Shown: positions 28,290 to 41,199 of the stretch, in pieces
How the letters are laid out: every line of letters starts with the position of its first letter
Position numbering within the stretch: position 1 is the stretch's first letter
NCBI RefSeq assembly: GCF_009914755.1
Contig: NC_060928.1
Strand: one strand, 5' to 3'
DNA from: the human T2T-CHM13v2.0 reference genome, Homo sapiens
Length of the DNA: 64,000 nucleotides
Translations under genes and position numbers: made by a program
Notes under the pieces: generated by a model
Database searches by the model: none
What the model was told of the DNA's origin: nothing
The model's input: only the letters and a program-made list of their open reading frames with translations

Positions 28290-30100
28290 TCTCCAGTCAA
28301 AAGACAGAGAATGCAGAATGAAGCAAACACAATTCAATCATAAGCCATCTACAATAGACACACTAGATTCAAAGATATAAGTAAGTCCAAAGTGAAAAGA
28401 TAGAAAATTGTATACCATACAAACAGTATCCAAAAGAGAAGTGGAGTGGCTATACTAGTATCAGACAAAAGGGCTTTAAGACAAGATTTGTTACTAGAGT
28501 CAAAAAAAGACATAGTGATAAAAGGGTCAATTCATCAGGAAGACAAACAATAAAAACATAAATGCACCTAACAACAGAACCTCCTAAAACATGAATTCAA
28601 ATACATAAGTTGAAAGGAGAAATAGACATTTAACAATAATAATTGGAAACATCAATAACCTGCTTCCAATAATGGCTGAAGACTTGAACAACACTATAAA
28701 CTAACTAGATGTAACATATCTGTAGAAAACTCTAAAAATAGCAGAGCATACATTCTTCTCAAGTATGCAGTGAAAATTCTCCGTGATAAAGCGTATGTTA
28801 AAAGGCCATAAAAAGAAACCTCAATAAATTTAAAGACTGTTAAATCACACAAAGGATGTTCTTTGACCATCACGGAATAGATTTAAAAGTCACAATAACA
28901 AATACATTTGGAAAACACAAATATGTAAAAAGTAATCTAAACACTTTTAAATAACAAATGGTTTTAAAATGTACAAGGCAAATTAGAAAATTATTTGAGA
29001 TTAATGAGATCAAAAATACAACATACCAAAACTTATTAGGTGCAGCTTAAGCAGCAATCAGAGAGAAATTTGTAGCTGTAATGCTTATTATGAAAAGAAG
29101 GAAGAGCTCAAATTAATAATCTAAACTTCTATCTTTCAAAACTACCAAAGAAGAATAAACTAAAACCAAAGCAAGCAGAATAAATAACATTATAAATATT
29201 AAAGCACAAATAAACGAAATAGATAACAAATAGCGAACATCAATGAAATCAAAAGTTACTTATTTAAAAAAATCAATAAAATTAATGAACACTTAGTGAG
29301 GCTGAACAAGAAAAGAGGAATCAAAATATTAAAATCAGGAATAAAAAAGGGGACCTCAGCATCAACCTCATAGAAATAAAAAGGATTAGAAGAGAACATT
29401 ACAGACAGGATGCAGTGGCTCACATCTATAATTCCAGCACTTTGGGAGGCCAAGGCAGGAGGATCACTTGAAGCCAGGAATTTGAGACCAGCCCAGCAAC
29501 AAATTAATTTAAAAAAAAAATAAGTAAATAATAACTTTTTAAAAAAGAGAATGCCATTAACAATTGTATATCAACAAATTAGAAAGCCTAGATAAAATAA
29601 ACAAATTCCCAAACACCAACAACTCATACTAAAATAAGAAGAAATGAAAAGTCTGAATAGACTTATAACAAACACAAATTGAATTAACAATTTTTAAACT
29701 TTCCACAAGGAAAGTCTAGGCCCAAATGGCTTTACTCGTCAATTCTACCACAAACTTAAAGAAGAATTAATATCAATACTTCACACACTCTTAACAAAAA
29801 AATTACAAGAATACTTCCCAACTCATTCTATGAGACTAGTATTAGTTACTCTAATACCAAAAACAGCACAAGAAAAAAAACACCACAAGCTGATAACCCC
29901 CATAAACATACATGCCAATATTCTCAACAAATTACTTGCAATCCAAATCCAATAACATATAAAAAGGATTATACACCATAACCAAATGAAATGTATCCCA
30001 GGAATACAAGGTTGGCTTAAAATATGAAAATCAACCAATTTAATATACTAAATACACTAAACCATAAAACTACAATCATCTTAATAGATGGAGAAAAGCA
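28290..30100 (+). mobile_element. Old L1 ORF2 fragment (endonuclease to RT region), with Alu monomer at ~29405-29520
   Basis: ATAAAAGGGTCAATTCATCAGGAAGAC, ATGCACCTAACAACAGA, GGCCCAAATGGCTTTACT, ATCCCAGGAATACAAGGTTGG; multiple frame breaks. Confidence 0.88.
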
Positions 30101-30109
30101 GTAAAGTGG

Positions 30110-30560
30110 TGATAACTTGTATATCAATTGCATGGTGAAATAATAATTTGCATATATTGATTTAAATAAAATACATTACTCAAGTTAATTTCACTTGTAT
30201 CTTTTTAATTTTTAAAATGTGGCTAGTGCACACCTTAATTCCAGCAGTTTGGGAGGCCAAAGCAGGAAGCTAGCTTGAGTACAGGAGTTGGAGACCAGCC
30301 TGGGCAACACAGCAAGACTTCATCTCTACAAAAACTTTTTTTTAAAAATTAGTTATGCATTGCAGTGTACGTCTGTAGTCCTAGCTACTTGGGAAGCTGA
30401 GGTGGGAGGCTGCAATGAGCTATGATCACACCACTGCACTCTAGCTTGGGCAACTGAGCCACACCCTGTCTGTAAAAAATAAAATGTGGCTACTAGAAAA
30501 GTTCACATTACATATATAGCTCACATTTATGGCTTGTGTTGTATTTCTATTGGACCACAA
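30110..30560. mobile_element. MER3/MER33-like hAT element with nested, internally deleted AluJ (~30226-30480)
   Basis: TTAATTTCACTTG...AATGTGGCTACTAGAAAA...TATTTCTATTGGAC; Alu TSD TAAAATGTGGCTA. Confidence 0.75.
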
Positions 30561-32227
30561 TGGTCTAGGCATATCCTAGTTTGAAGATCAGTGCTCTAAC
30601 AGCATTTGGTGTTTTCAAACATATTTCTCTATGTTATTTATCAGATGAGAAATCAGAGAATGAGGATGGTTAACATGCCCAGGTAAACATAACCTTCCCC
30701 ATAGGTGTCAGAACTGGTAGTGGGATTCAGTAATATCCTTAAAGTCAGAGTTTGCCCTAATTGCATAACTGGTCTCTGGTCTTTCTTAGAGGTACAAAAT
30801 AGTCATTGAATATGTTTAACATTTAAGTTTCAGAAATTTTTTATGTTTTCCAGATCCAAGAGGAATTTAGCTTTTTTTTTTTCTCATTTTTTATTTGGAT
30901 ATCTCCTTCCACTGCTAGCAATCAAGGATTTCACTGCCATTACCAACCTCCATGTTGTCTGGTAACTGTTTTGCTTTGCTTTTGCTTTGGTTATCCATTC
31001 TCCAGGACTACCACTGTGTTCAGGCTGGCTTTCTCATCTACTCTTTACCTTGAACTGCATAGCAGATAACAGCTAAGATGTTTTTTCTGTTTGTTTAAAC
31101 ATCTATTTTGTGTCAAACACTGTAGAAGACTCTCTACTTAAAATATTGCTAATTATCATCACCATAGCCCCCGCTTCACAGGTAATGTTTGTCTTTACCT
31201 CCACAGATGAGAATACTGAGGTTCCCAAAGTTTAACTGCCAAAGTTACATAGTAACAGAGGAAGTCGGACTAAAAGCCACATCTCTGACTCCATAGCCCT
31301 GGTGTGTCCATCATATCACTCTTCCCTATCTCTTAATATGGGATGAATATGCATCAACTGTGGGCCTACAAACAATGGTATTTTCATATACACGATTCAT
31401 GTCCTTATGAAAATCTTAGAGTTTCTTATTCTCTGTACCAGTTTGTCTATTTTTTTCTATTGAAAATTGAGGTCTATGTTTTTTCTTATTGTTATGAATT
31501 ACGTACTCCAATGTTAGTACAATGGCTTACACTATAAATGAATTTTGGATGTGAGATGACATAAAGTCCTATAGTCCTTTCTCAAGTCCCACAAAAAAAA
31601 GGAGACAGCAAAAGTGAATTGCTAGCACTGACAATGAAGCACTAAGACTAAAATCAAATATCCCTCTTCCCTCTGAATGTTTTTCCTCTCTTGTCTTTAC
31701 ATTTAATCAATCCTTGTACAAAGGCTGGTGATAATGCCTGCTACCATATAAGCTTCATGATATTTCTTTTTAACTGCACGTTTAGAGTTTTGAAAACAAA
31801 CATTTAAAATGTTGAATCTTCTAAGATTCTAAACATATTAAGGTCAAATTTGATAGATGCAATGCTCTTCATCTACTTAAAGTCTACATATTTAATATTT
31901 AGTCAAGATGCATCACTTTTCTCTGCCTAGAATAATTTATCAATTGAAGTGGTTAGCTTACCACAATGTGGAAAAATACAATATATCCAATATATACTGC
32001 CAGACCTCATTCTTACTACAGGAGAAAAATGAGTAAGCATATGTGAGGAATATCTCTGATTTTCTGTGGGATATGTTATTTTGAAAATAAGATGCTTTTT
32101 CTCTGAGGTCTCTACTACCAATTTTCATTCATGTAGCTAGGTGTCACTGTGAAGACTTGAAGGATTATCCCTTCCACTCCTTAACTTTTAGTAGAAGCAG
32201 GGACTGTTGCTTTAAAAAAAAAAAAGT

Positions 32228-32755
32228 TTTATTTTTTGACATTATAATTGTATATTATTATTGCATACAGTGATGTTATATGTATACAGAGTTGAATGAT
32301 TGAATCAAGCTAGTTAACATATCAATCAGCTTAAATACTTATCATTTTAAATCTAACTGCAACTTTCTACCCTTTGACCAACATTCCCTGTTCTCCCAGC
32401 CCCTGGCCTCGATAACCACCATTCTATTCCCAGCTTCCATGAATTTGATTGTGTTAGATTCCACATATAAGTGAGAACATTCAGTTTTTACCTTTCCATG
32501 CCTGGCTTATTTCACTTATATAATATCCTCCAGGTTCATCCATGTTGTTGCAGTTAGCCAGATTTCCTTCTTTTTAAAGGCTGAATAGTATTCCACTGTG
32601 TATATATGCTACATTTGCTTCATCCATTCATCTGTTGGTGAACACTTAGGTTGTTTCCGTGTCTTCGCTACTGCGACTAATGCTACAGTGAACACAAGAG
32701 TGCAGACGTCGCTTCGACATACTGGTTTCAAGTCCTCAGGATATATATACCCAAG
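32228..32755 (-). mobile_element. L1MA 3' end fragment
   Basis: TTAGATTCCACATATAAGTGAGA, TTTAAAGGCTGAATAGTATTCCACTGTGTATATAT. Confidence 0.85.
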
Positions 32756-35700
32756 CACCGTTTTTAAGCGTGTGTCCCTGTGACCCTGTTTTACTCAGGT
32801 ACTTGCTGAGCAGTGGCCCACTCTTTGTCTTTGCTTCTAGCACTAGCCTGAGGGCCAACTAATGAAGCAAGAGACTGAGAAATGAGGAGATGGGGGCATT
32901 AATCTCAGTCTATGCAAACCATCTCAAGCAAACGACTTTACCTCTGGGCTTTGGTTTTCCAACAACAAAACAAAAATATTATTCGCTTTATCTACTCACA
33001 AAGTATATTGTGACAAGAAAAGGAAATAATAGAAGTCCCATTTCAAGCCAGGATTGAGATGAGCTTCAGTGTGTAATTTTTTCTGCCTTCTTGCTAGATT
33101 TGCCTTACCTCAATATTCTGTATAGATCACAAGGCTCCACCGATGACCAGCCCGGCAAGGTCATATTGCAGCAAGTAGGATTCCAATTTAGTAGGTCAGT
33201 TTCAGCCTACAGTCTCACTGTTTATGACTCTGCCCAGATAATTAGGGTTGGGAATTATCATAACTAATGTCAACAGTATTTATTTACAGCCTCTGTGAGG
33301 ATGTACAGAATAATGGATATATTTTCTGTTCTTTTCACAGTTATACCCATAGTGCCTTGCACAGTGTCTGGTACAGAGCAGGCACTCAACAGAGAGTTTC
33401 TGAATACATAAATCAATCAATAAGAACTAGGAAAATTAAAGAACATATAAGGCATAGCAACTGCCTACAAAGACTTGTAATTCAATCGAGTTCACATGGC
33501 CTTAAAGATACAAGATAAGTAGCAATAGAGAAGTCAGTCAGTCTACGTAAGGGCCCAGTGAGCATCGTGGCAGAAATTACTGGAGAGGCTGACAGGTTCT
33601 CTCCTAGGTGGGGGTATTGGAGTGGGATGATAAATCCCCTGGATGCCACAAAGGGTAACACAGACCTTCTATTATGTTTCGGGGCTACACTTTGTCATCA
33701 GGGGAAGATTCTTGATATTTTTCTTTGTCAATGAGTTCATCTTTGTATGGCATAATAACCAGAATAGAGATCGTAATAACCAGAGTGAAACTTTTAGTTT
33801 GGTATTGTCAAGGAAAAAATATTGGGAAGGAAAATAACTTTTTTGTCATTGTTATTATGATTATTCATTTTATTTTTTCTCCAGTAAACATAAGGTAACA
33901 ATGCTACAGTTATCCACAAAATGGCTCATGTCTTTGTAAAGCATGCTTTGGAAACATCTACCTCTTTCCTTCCTTCCATCTCCCTCCTTCCTTTCCTTAC
34001 CTTGTTTTCTCCTTTTCTTCATCTTTTCTTCTTACAGCATTCATTGGGCAATTACTAATCAACAAATACTTATTGGGCACTTGTGTTCCAGGAATGTGAA
34101 AGGCAAGGGAATGCGGAGATACATGAAGGAATTACATTTGAGTAACGTTTCTGCAGTATAATTGACAGAGCATGGTTGACAATTGTTTTTGGAGGGTGAG
34201 AGAGATGAAGGAAGAGGATGACTCATGTTTCAGCTTGAGAAACTGGTTGTGTGATGATGACGTCAGCCAAGACAAGAAGCAAAATAGGAGAAGCAGATTT
34301 TGGGGAAGATGTTGAATGCAGGTATAGACACATTGAATTGATGTGGCTGAAGGACACCCAGGTCAAACTGTTAAACAGGCAGTTGGAAATATGATTTTGA
34401 CCATGAGGCTAAAGAGATGGATTTGGAAGACATTAGCATTTAGATGATGTTTGAAAACATGATAATAAATTCATCTAGAAAAAGTAGGTAGAAATATAGA
34501 AAAGGACCAGAAACATAAGCCTAAGGAACTCTCACACGTAAAGAATATGTAAGGAGAAAGTGAAGGAGGAAATTATGAAGGAAGGTTTAGAAAAGTAGGA
34601 GAACTAGAAGTAATTGAGGATGGTACTACTCTTGAGTGCCACATCAATAAAGCACCTTGAAGTTGGTCAAGGTCAGAATGAATCTTAATTTCTACTTTCT
34701 CCTTTTCCAACTCCAAACCAGAGCTAATTAGCTCCCATCTAAAGACTCAAAGCTTTCCCATTCTGTGGGGTTAATTACATTTATGGGCATGGGCTCTGCC
34801 ACAGAAAGAAACCAGCAGCATGGAAGTAAGGCATCCAGTTGACCTTAACTGCAGTGCCTCCTGAACTGGTTCCATTTCTATGAGATGGGGTCTTGACTCC
34901 TCTCTTTGTTCAAGCTCCTGTAATGAACCCCTGTGTTCCTGGAGTCCCAACTCTAGTCTCCTGAGACAGAAGTTTTCCCCCTTGTACTCCAGGGTTATCT
35001 ATTCCCCAGCGTTATAGTCTTGGGATGACTTACCTGTCTTCATGTACTTATCCTATATCTGACAATGCCTGGAATTATTTTTGGCTAGTTTAAGAATCCT
35101 AGGAGCATCTGCATGGTGTTTGGACAGCTCCTGAAAACAAATTAACCATTTATAAACAGACCCTTGTATTACTATTGTATTCTTTTAGCTATCATTTCCT
35201 AAAATTGCTATTTATTAATTCAACAACCCCTTTAATAAGTGCATGCAATTCCCAACTCTTGAAAGCCTACTATGTGCAAGGCATCGTTGTAAGTGCTGAG
35301 GATACAACAGTGAGCAAAACAGGCATGGACCTTTCCTCATGGGCTTGTGATCTCAGAGAGAGGACAGATAAACAGTTCAAGTACATAGTGGGTCAGATGG
35401 AAACACAAACACCTTATGAGGAATAAGAAGGCTGGGAAAGAGTGGCGGCGGGGGGTTGTCATTTTATTACAATGGTGGTCAGGGAAGACATCACTGAAAA
35501 ATGACTTTTAGCAGAGACGTGAGAGAGACATGAAAAAAAATGATAAAAACATGATTAAGTGAGCCCTGTTGCTACTTAGGAGACAAGTATTCCAGGTGTG
35601 GGAATTGCGAGGGCAAAGGCCCTAAGGCTGAATTGGCCTGGGCTGTTACAGAAATAAGCATTCCACTGTAGGGAAGCTTTCAGAGGGGTTAGTGGTGGCA

Positions 35701-35956
35701 GGAGCGATTCTGAAGAACCTTTTGGTTATTAAAATGTTTTGACTTCTATTCTGAGAAAATGTAAGTATTTAGTCAGAGGAGTTGACATGACCTGTCTTCC
35801 ACTTCAGAAGTATCATCCTGGCTGCTATGTTGGGAACAGACTGGAGAGGGGCAAGATCAGAAGCTGGAATACGAGTTAGTAGGTGAGAGCAACGATGTAG
35901 CCTGGTCCAGGCTGCTTGTGGTGAGAATGGGGTGAAGTGCTTGGATTCTGGATATA

Positions 35957-38696
35957 TAGGCACTCCTCGCTTTATTGTGCTCTGCTATATTGTGCTTCTC
36001 AGATAATGGGTTTTTCACAAATTGAAGGTTGGTGGCAACCCTGCATCAAGCAAGTCTATCAGCACAATTTTCCCAACAGCATGGCTCAATTTGTATCTCT
36101 GTGTTACATTTTGGTAATTCTTGCGTTACTTAAAGCTTTGTCATTATTATTATATCTATTTTGGGGATCTGTGATCATAATATTTAATGTTACTAGTGTA
36201 ACTGTTTTGGGACATCACAAACCACAACCATATAAGACAATAATTTAATCAATAAAGGCTTTGGGCTTCCCTATTCCCTGAGACAAAACAATATTGAAAT
36301 TAGGCCAATTAATAACACTCTAACGACCTCTAAGTATTCAAGTGAAAGGAAGAGGTACATGTCTCTCACTTTAAATGAAAAGCTAGAAATAATTAGGCTT
36401 AGTGAGGAAGGTATGTGGAAAGCTGAAATAGGTTGAAAGCTAGGCCTCTTGCACCAAGTAGTTAGTCAAGTTCTGAATGCAAAGGAAAAGTTCTTGAAGG
36501 AAATTAAAAGTACTATTCCAGTGAACACGAGTGATAAGAAAGTGAAACAGCTTTATTGCTGATATAGAAAAAGTGTGAATGGTCTGGATAGAGAAAATTA
36601 AACCAGCCACAACATTCCCTTAAGCTGAAGCCTACTCCAGAGCAAGGCCCTAACTCTCTTCAATTCTGTGAAGGCTGAGAGAGGTGAGGAAGCTGCAGAA
36701 GAAAAAAGTTCAAAGCTCGCAGAGGTCGGTTCGTGTTTAAGGAAAGAAGCTGTCTTCGTAACATAAAAGTGCAAGGTAAAGCAGAAAGTGCTTATGGAGA
36801 AGCTGCAGCAAGTTATCTAGAAATCTAGCTAAGATAACTGATGAAGGTGGCTACACTAAATAAGTTTTCACGTAGAAAAAACAGCCTTCTATTGGAAGAA
36901 GGTATCATCTAGGACTTTCATAGCTGGAAAAGTCAATGCCTAGCTTCAAGCTTCAAAAGACAGACTCTTTTCTTAAGGGCTAATGTAGCTGGTGACCTTA
37001 ACTTGAAGCCAATGCTCATTAATCATTCTGAAAATCCTAGGGCCCTTAAGAATCATGCTAAGTCTACTCTGCCTGTGCTTGGTAAATGGAACCACAAAAC
37101 TTGGAAAGAGCATAGTTTACTGAACATTTTAAGTCCACTGTTGAGATCTACTGCTTAGAAAAGAAGATTGCTTTCAAAATATTACTGCTCATTGACTATA
37201 TACCTGGTCACCCAAGAGTTCTGATGGAGATGTACAAGAAGATAATTGTTGTTCTCATACCTGCTAACCCAACTTCAATTCTGCAGCCCATGGATTCAGG
37301 AGTAATTATGAGTTTCAAGTATTATTATTATTATTTTTGAGACAAAATCTGGCTCTGGCTATAAGACTGGAGTTCAGTGGCACTATCTCGGCTCCCTGCA
37401 ACTTCCGCCTCCCAGGTTCAAGCGATTCTCCTGCCTCAGCCTCCCAATTAGCTGAGATTACAGGCATGCGCCACCACACCCAGCTAATTTTTGTATTTTT
37501 AGAAGTGAATGGTTTTCACCATGTTGGCAAGGCTGGTCTTGAACTCCTGACCTCAAGTGACCTGCCCGCCTTGGCCTCCCAAAGTGCTGAGATTGTTTTG
37601 AAATAAAGCTGCTATTAAGCAATTCTTCTAATAATGCAACTAACTCCTCTTTATAATTCTATTTTCATTTTAAAATTTAAAATCACTAAGTTGTCACCAG
37701 GACAGCCTCAAGTATTATTTTAGAAATAAATTTCATAAGGCTATAGCTGCCATAGTGATTTCTCTGATGGATAAGGGCAAAGCAAATTGAAAACCTTCTG
37801 GAAGGGATTCACCATTCTAGCTGCCATTCAGAATATGTGTGACTCATGGGAGGTCAAAGTGTCAACATTAACTGGAGTTTGGAAGAAGCTGATTCCAACC
37901 CTCTTGGATGACTTCGAGGGGTTCAAGACTTCAGTGAAGGAAGTTACTGCAGATGTAGTAAAAATAGCAAGAGAACTAGAATTAGAAGTGGAGCCTGAGG
38001 ATGTGACTGAATTGCTGCAATATTACAATAAAACTTGAATGGAGAAGGAGTTGCTGCTCATGGATAAGCAAAGAAAGTGGTTTCTTGAGACGGAATCTAC
38101 TCCTCATGAAGATGCTATGAACACTGCTGAAATGACAAAAAAGATTTAGAATATTACATAAATTTAGATGATAAAGCATTAGCAGGTTTTGAGAGGACTG
38201 ACTAATTTTGAAAGAAGTTCTGTGGACAAAATGCTATCAAACAGCATTGCATGGTACAGAGAAATCTTTCATGAAAGGGAGATTCAATTTATGTGACAAA
38301 CTCTATCTTTGTCTTAAGAAATTGCCACAACCACCTCCGCCTTCAGCCACCACCATGCTGATCAGTCAGCAGCCATGAATGTCGAGACAAGACTCTCCAC
38401 TGACAAAAAGATTATGACTTACTGAAGGCTCAGATGATCATTAGCACTTTTTAGCAGTATTTTTAAATTAATGTGTGTATATTTTTCAGAATAATGCTAC
38501 TGTGCACTTATTTAAATGTAATTACAAGTTATGTTTAGACTATAATTGAGAACTTATGTTTAGAGTATAATATACTGTAAACATAACTTTTACATGCACT
38601 GGGAAACCAAAAAATTGGTGTGACTTGCTTTATTGGGATATTTGCTTTATTGTGGTAATCTGGAACAAAACCCACGGTATCTCTAGGTTATGCCAG
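35957..38696 (+). mobile_element. Tigger1 (TcMar-Tigger) DNA transposon, near full length, transposase decayed; inserted in an L2
   Basis: TIR-like ends TAGGCACTCCTC ... AGGTTATGCCAG with TA on both sides; ORF 37787-38038 ([10 protein letters not shown]...[12 protein letters not shown]) is Tigger1 transposase C-terminus; other parts frameshifted. Confidence 0.93.
37327..37594 (-). mobile_element. AluS inside Tigger1, with its 5' end replaced by non-Alu DNA
   Basis: Reverse Alu ending AAAGTGCTGAGATT; TSD TCAAGTATTATT at 37315 and 37708. Confidence 0.9.
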
Positions 38697-41199
38697 TAAT
38701 TTAAAGGTAGGACAAGCAACATGTTCTGATGGCTTGGATATGATGCAAGAAGGACAGAAGTGGATTGAAGTGAAGAATGACTCCAGGGTTTTTGGCCTGA
38801 GCAACCAGAACAATGGAGCGCCACAGGGATTGGGCCTAGTGAGGCAGGGAGTTTAATTTTTGACGTGTTTAATTTGAGGTATCTATGAGACACTCAGTCA
38901 AATGGGCAAGTCGTTCAGGCAATGTAAAAGCAGAAAAAGAAGGCAGTAGCTAAAGGAGGGAGAATATAAGGTCAAAAGGTTTTGGCTTTACTTTTCAAAG
39001 GTGAGAACTAGTAAAGCAAGTTTTTGTGCACATGGAAGTGTTTCCTGGAGAGGAAAGAGGTCATGATGAAGGACAGAGAGAGAAAACTGTTGGAGCCCAT
39101 GTCTTGAGTAGGTTAGAGGTAGGATCTGCTCCGCCAGTGGAGAGGCTGGCCTTAGACAGGAGTATGGGCAGATGGGCCATCCATTGTATCGAGAGGGAAG
39201 GCAAGGTGTGCAGGGACAGATGCAGGGAGACTGTGGAAGTTTTCCTGTGGTTGCTTCTTTTTTCTCAGTGAAATAAGCATGTAGCTCAGCAGCTGAGAGT
39301 GCTACATGCTAGCAGATGCATGTAGGAGAGATGTGACAAGAGGTTTTCAGATTGAGCAGAATGTTTGAAATGGTCTAGGACAGTGGTTTTTCAGTTCATA
39401 ATCTGATAGAGGGTGTTAAAACCAACTTTGTAATTTGAGATCAAACGTGATTTTAAAATGAAAATAGAATTATAAAAAGGAGTTTGTTGCATTATTAAAA
39501 GAATTGCTTAATAGCAGCTTTATTTCAGTTGCATGAGTGTGTACTTGCACATATATTGGGTTGTAGCAAAAATACTTTTAAAAATACTTGCCCAGGACAG
39601 TGGGAGTAAATGAATAAGGGACTGTCAAATACAAAGTCAAGGTCCTAGTTAATGATCATGAGTCAAAATATTTTCATGTAAAAAACCAAAAAAATCATTG
39701 AATGGACTCATAAGATCTTGGCATGGAAACTGCTAGAGGACCATAGTCCCTCCTCAGTATTTGCTGCTCCTTCTCCCTACCCCACTCCACTCTCCACCCT
39801 AGGAAACCTTTTCATTTGAATATTTTCAATAAGGGCAAGATCACCAGCTTACAAGATGTCAGAAAGTAACTTTCTGCTCTAAAAAAATGGGGCCCTCACA
39901 AAAGTAGTGAGTAGAGGCCCTGGCAGGATTTGGAATTTGGTGTATTTAATATGAAGTTTGACATTATTATGTAATAACAAACTTGATGGCTTTTCCCCGT
40001 TTCAGAGAGCTCTAAATCCTCTAAGACAAAACTAGTACCAGAGCACTAAGAAATCTTGTTTTTGTTCAAAACTCTAGCCCAGAAAGGCACCAGTTAGCTT
40101 TTAAAAGTATGTGCTCTCTCCTCTTTACTAACTGCGGTGTTAGTGGATAATTGAGCTAAGGTTTATACCTGTATTTTCCCCCTATTTCAAGATTTGTTGT
40201 TGGATCTGCAAATGATTCCAATCAAATACAACTGTACTTGGAAAAAAATCATCCGTTGTTAAGACTTTACATTCCTTAGTTGCAGAAGTAGTTTTTTTTC
40301 CTGCACAATACCTTTTAAAAAATGAATATTTAATATGTCAATATATACTCTGAAAATAACCATTTATATTTTAAATTCTGAGCTCAGGTTATTTTCTAGA
40401 CATTGTAATTTAGAATAAAAATACTTCTCCAGTTCTACATTTTGCCTGACTGTTAAAAATGATTTTGAGATTAATAAGTTGAACCAATTTTCTATTCACC
40501 TGACCAAATTCTGAACCATTTGAGTTTTTTAAAAAGTACTTTTTCCTTATTGTAAAGGCAACATAAAACTTGGTTCATTGGACAGGATAGCAGAGATAAA
40601 CATTATACATGAAGTATAGTTCCCTGGGGCAATGTTGCTCTCTTTCTACCATGTTTATTTCGATTTATATAAATTTGAGACACTGAACAGAAGTAGAATT
40701 CAAATAGAGAATGAGGACTTATAAAAATGTACACTCTGCCTACATCAGTAAGAGTATGCTAATTTATAAAATTAAATATTTAATCTTAGTTCACTTGTAA
40801 ACCAAAATCAAGTAAAGTCTGAATCCACCTTCTATTGCTTTGGGGGTTTGAGTCTATATTCTAGGATTCATTTAATAGTTTCATTTCTCTAAGCATCAAG
40901 CAAAACAGTTAAAATTACAAAACAGAAACATAAAGTTCACCTCATCATGTAGTATGGATCACTCTGTTATTCTTTATCTAGACCTTCAAATACTTTATGT
41001 AAAATGTTTCTATACAAAAGGAAACACAGGATTAGTTCCTCCTCTAATGCTTCTAAAGAGCTCTACCATGGAAAGCTCTCTCCCTTCCATTTTGCAAGTC
41101 TCAACAAGTCTGCTGCTGAGTCAGAACCTCCTTTTTTCCCTGATGTAAGAACTATTTCTCCCTTGAAAATTCATAAAGCTTAGGAATAAATTAGAGTCT

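Noticed and set aside
35957-38696. Tigger1 as an active or domesticated transposase gene
   Set aside because: ORF broken by stops, frameshifts and an Alu insertion; only an 83-aa piece is open.
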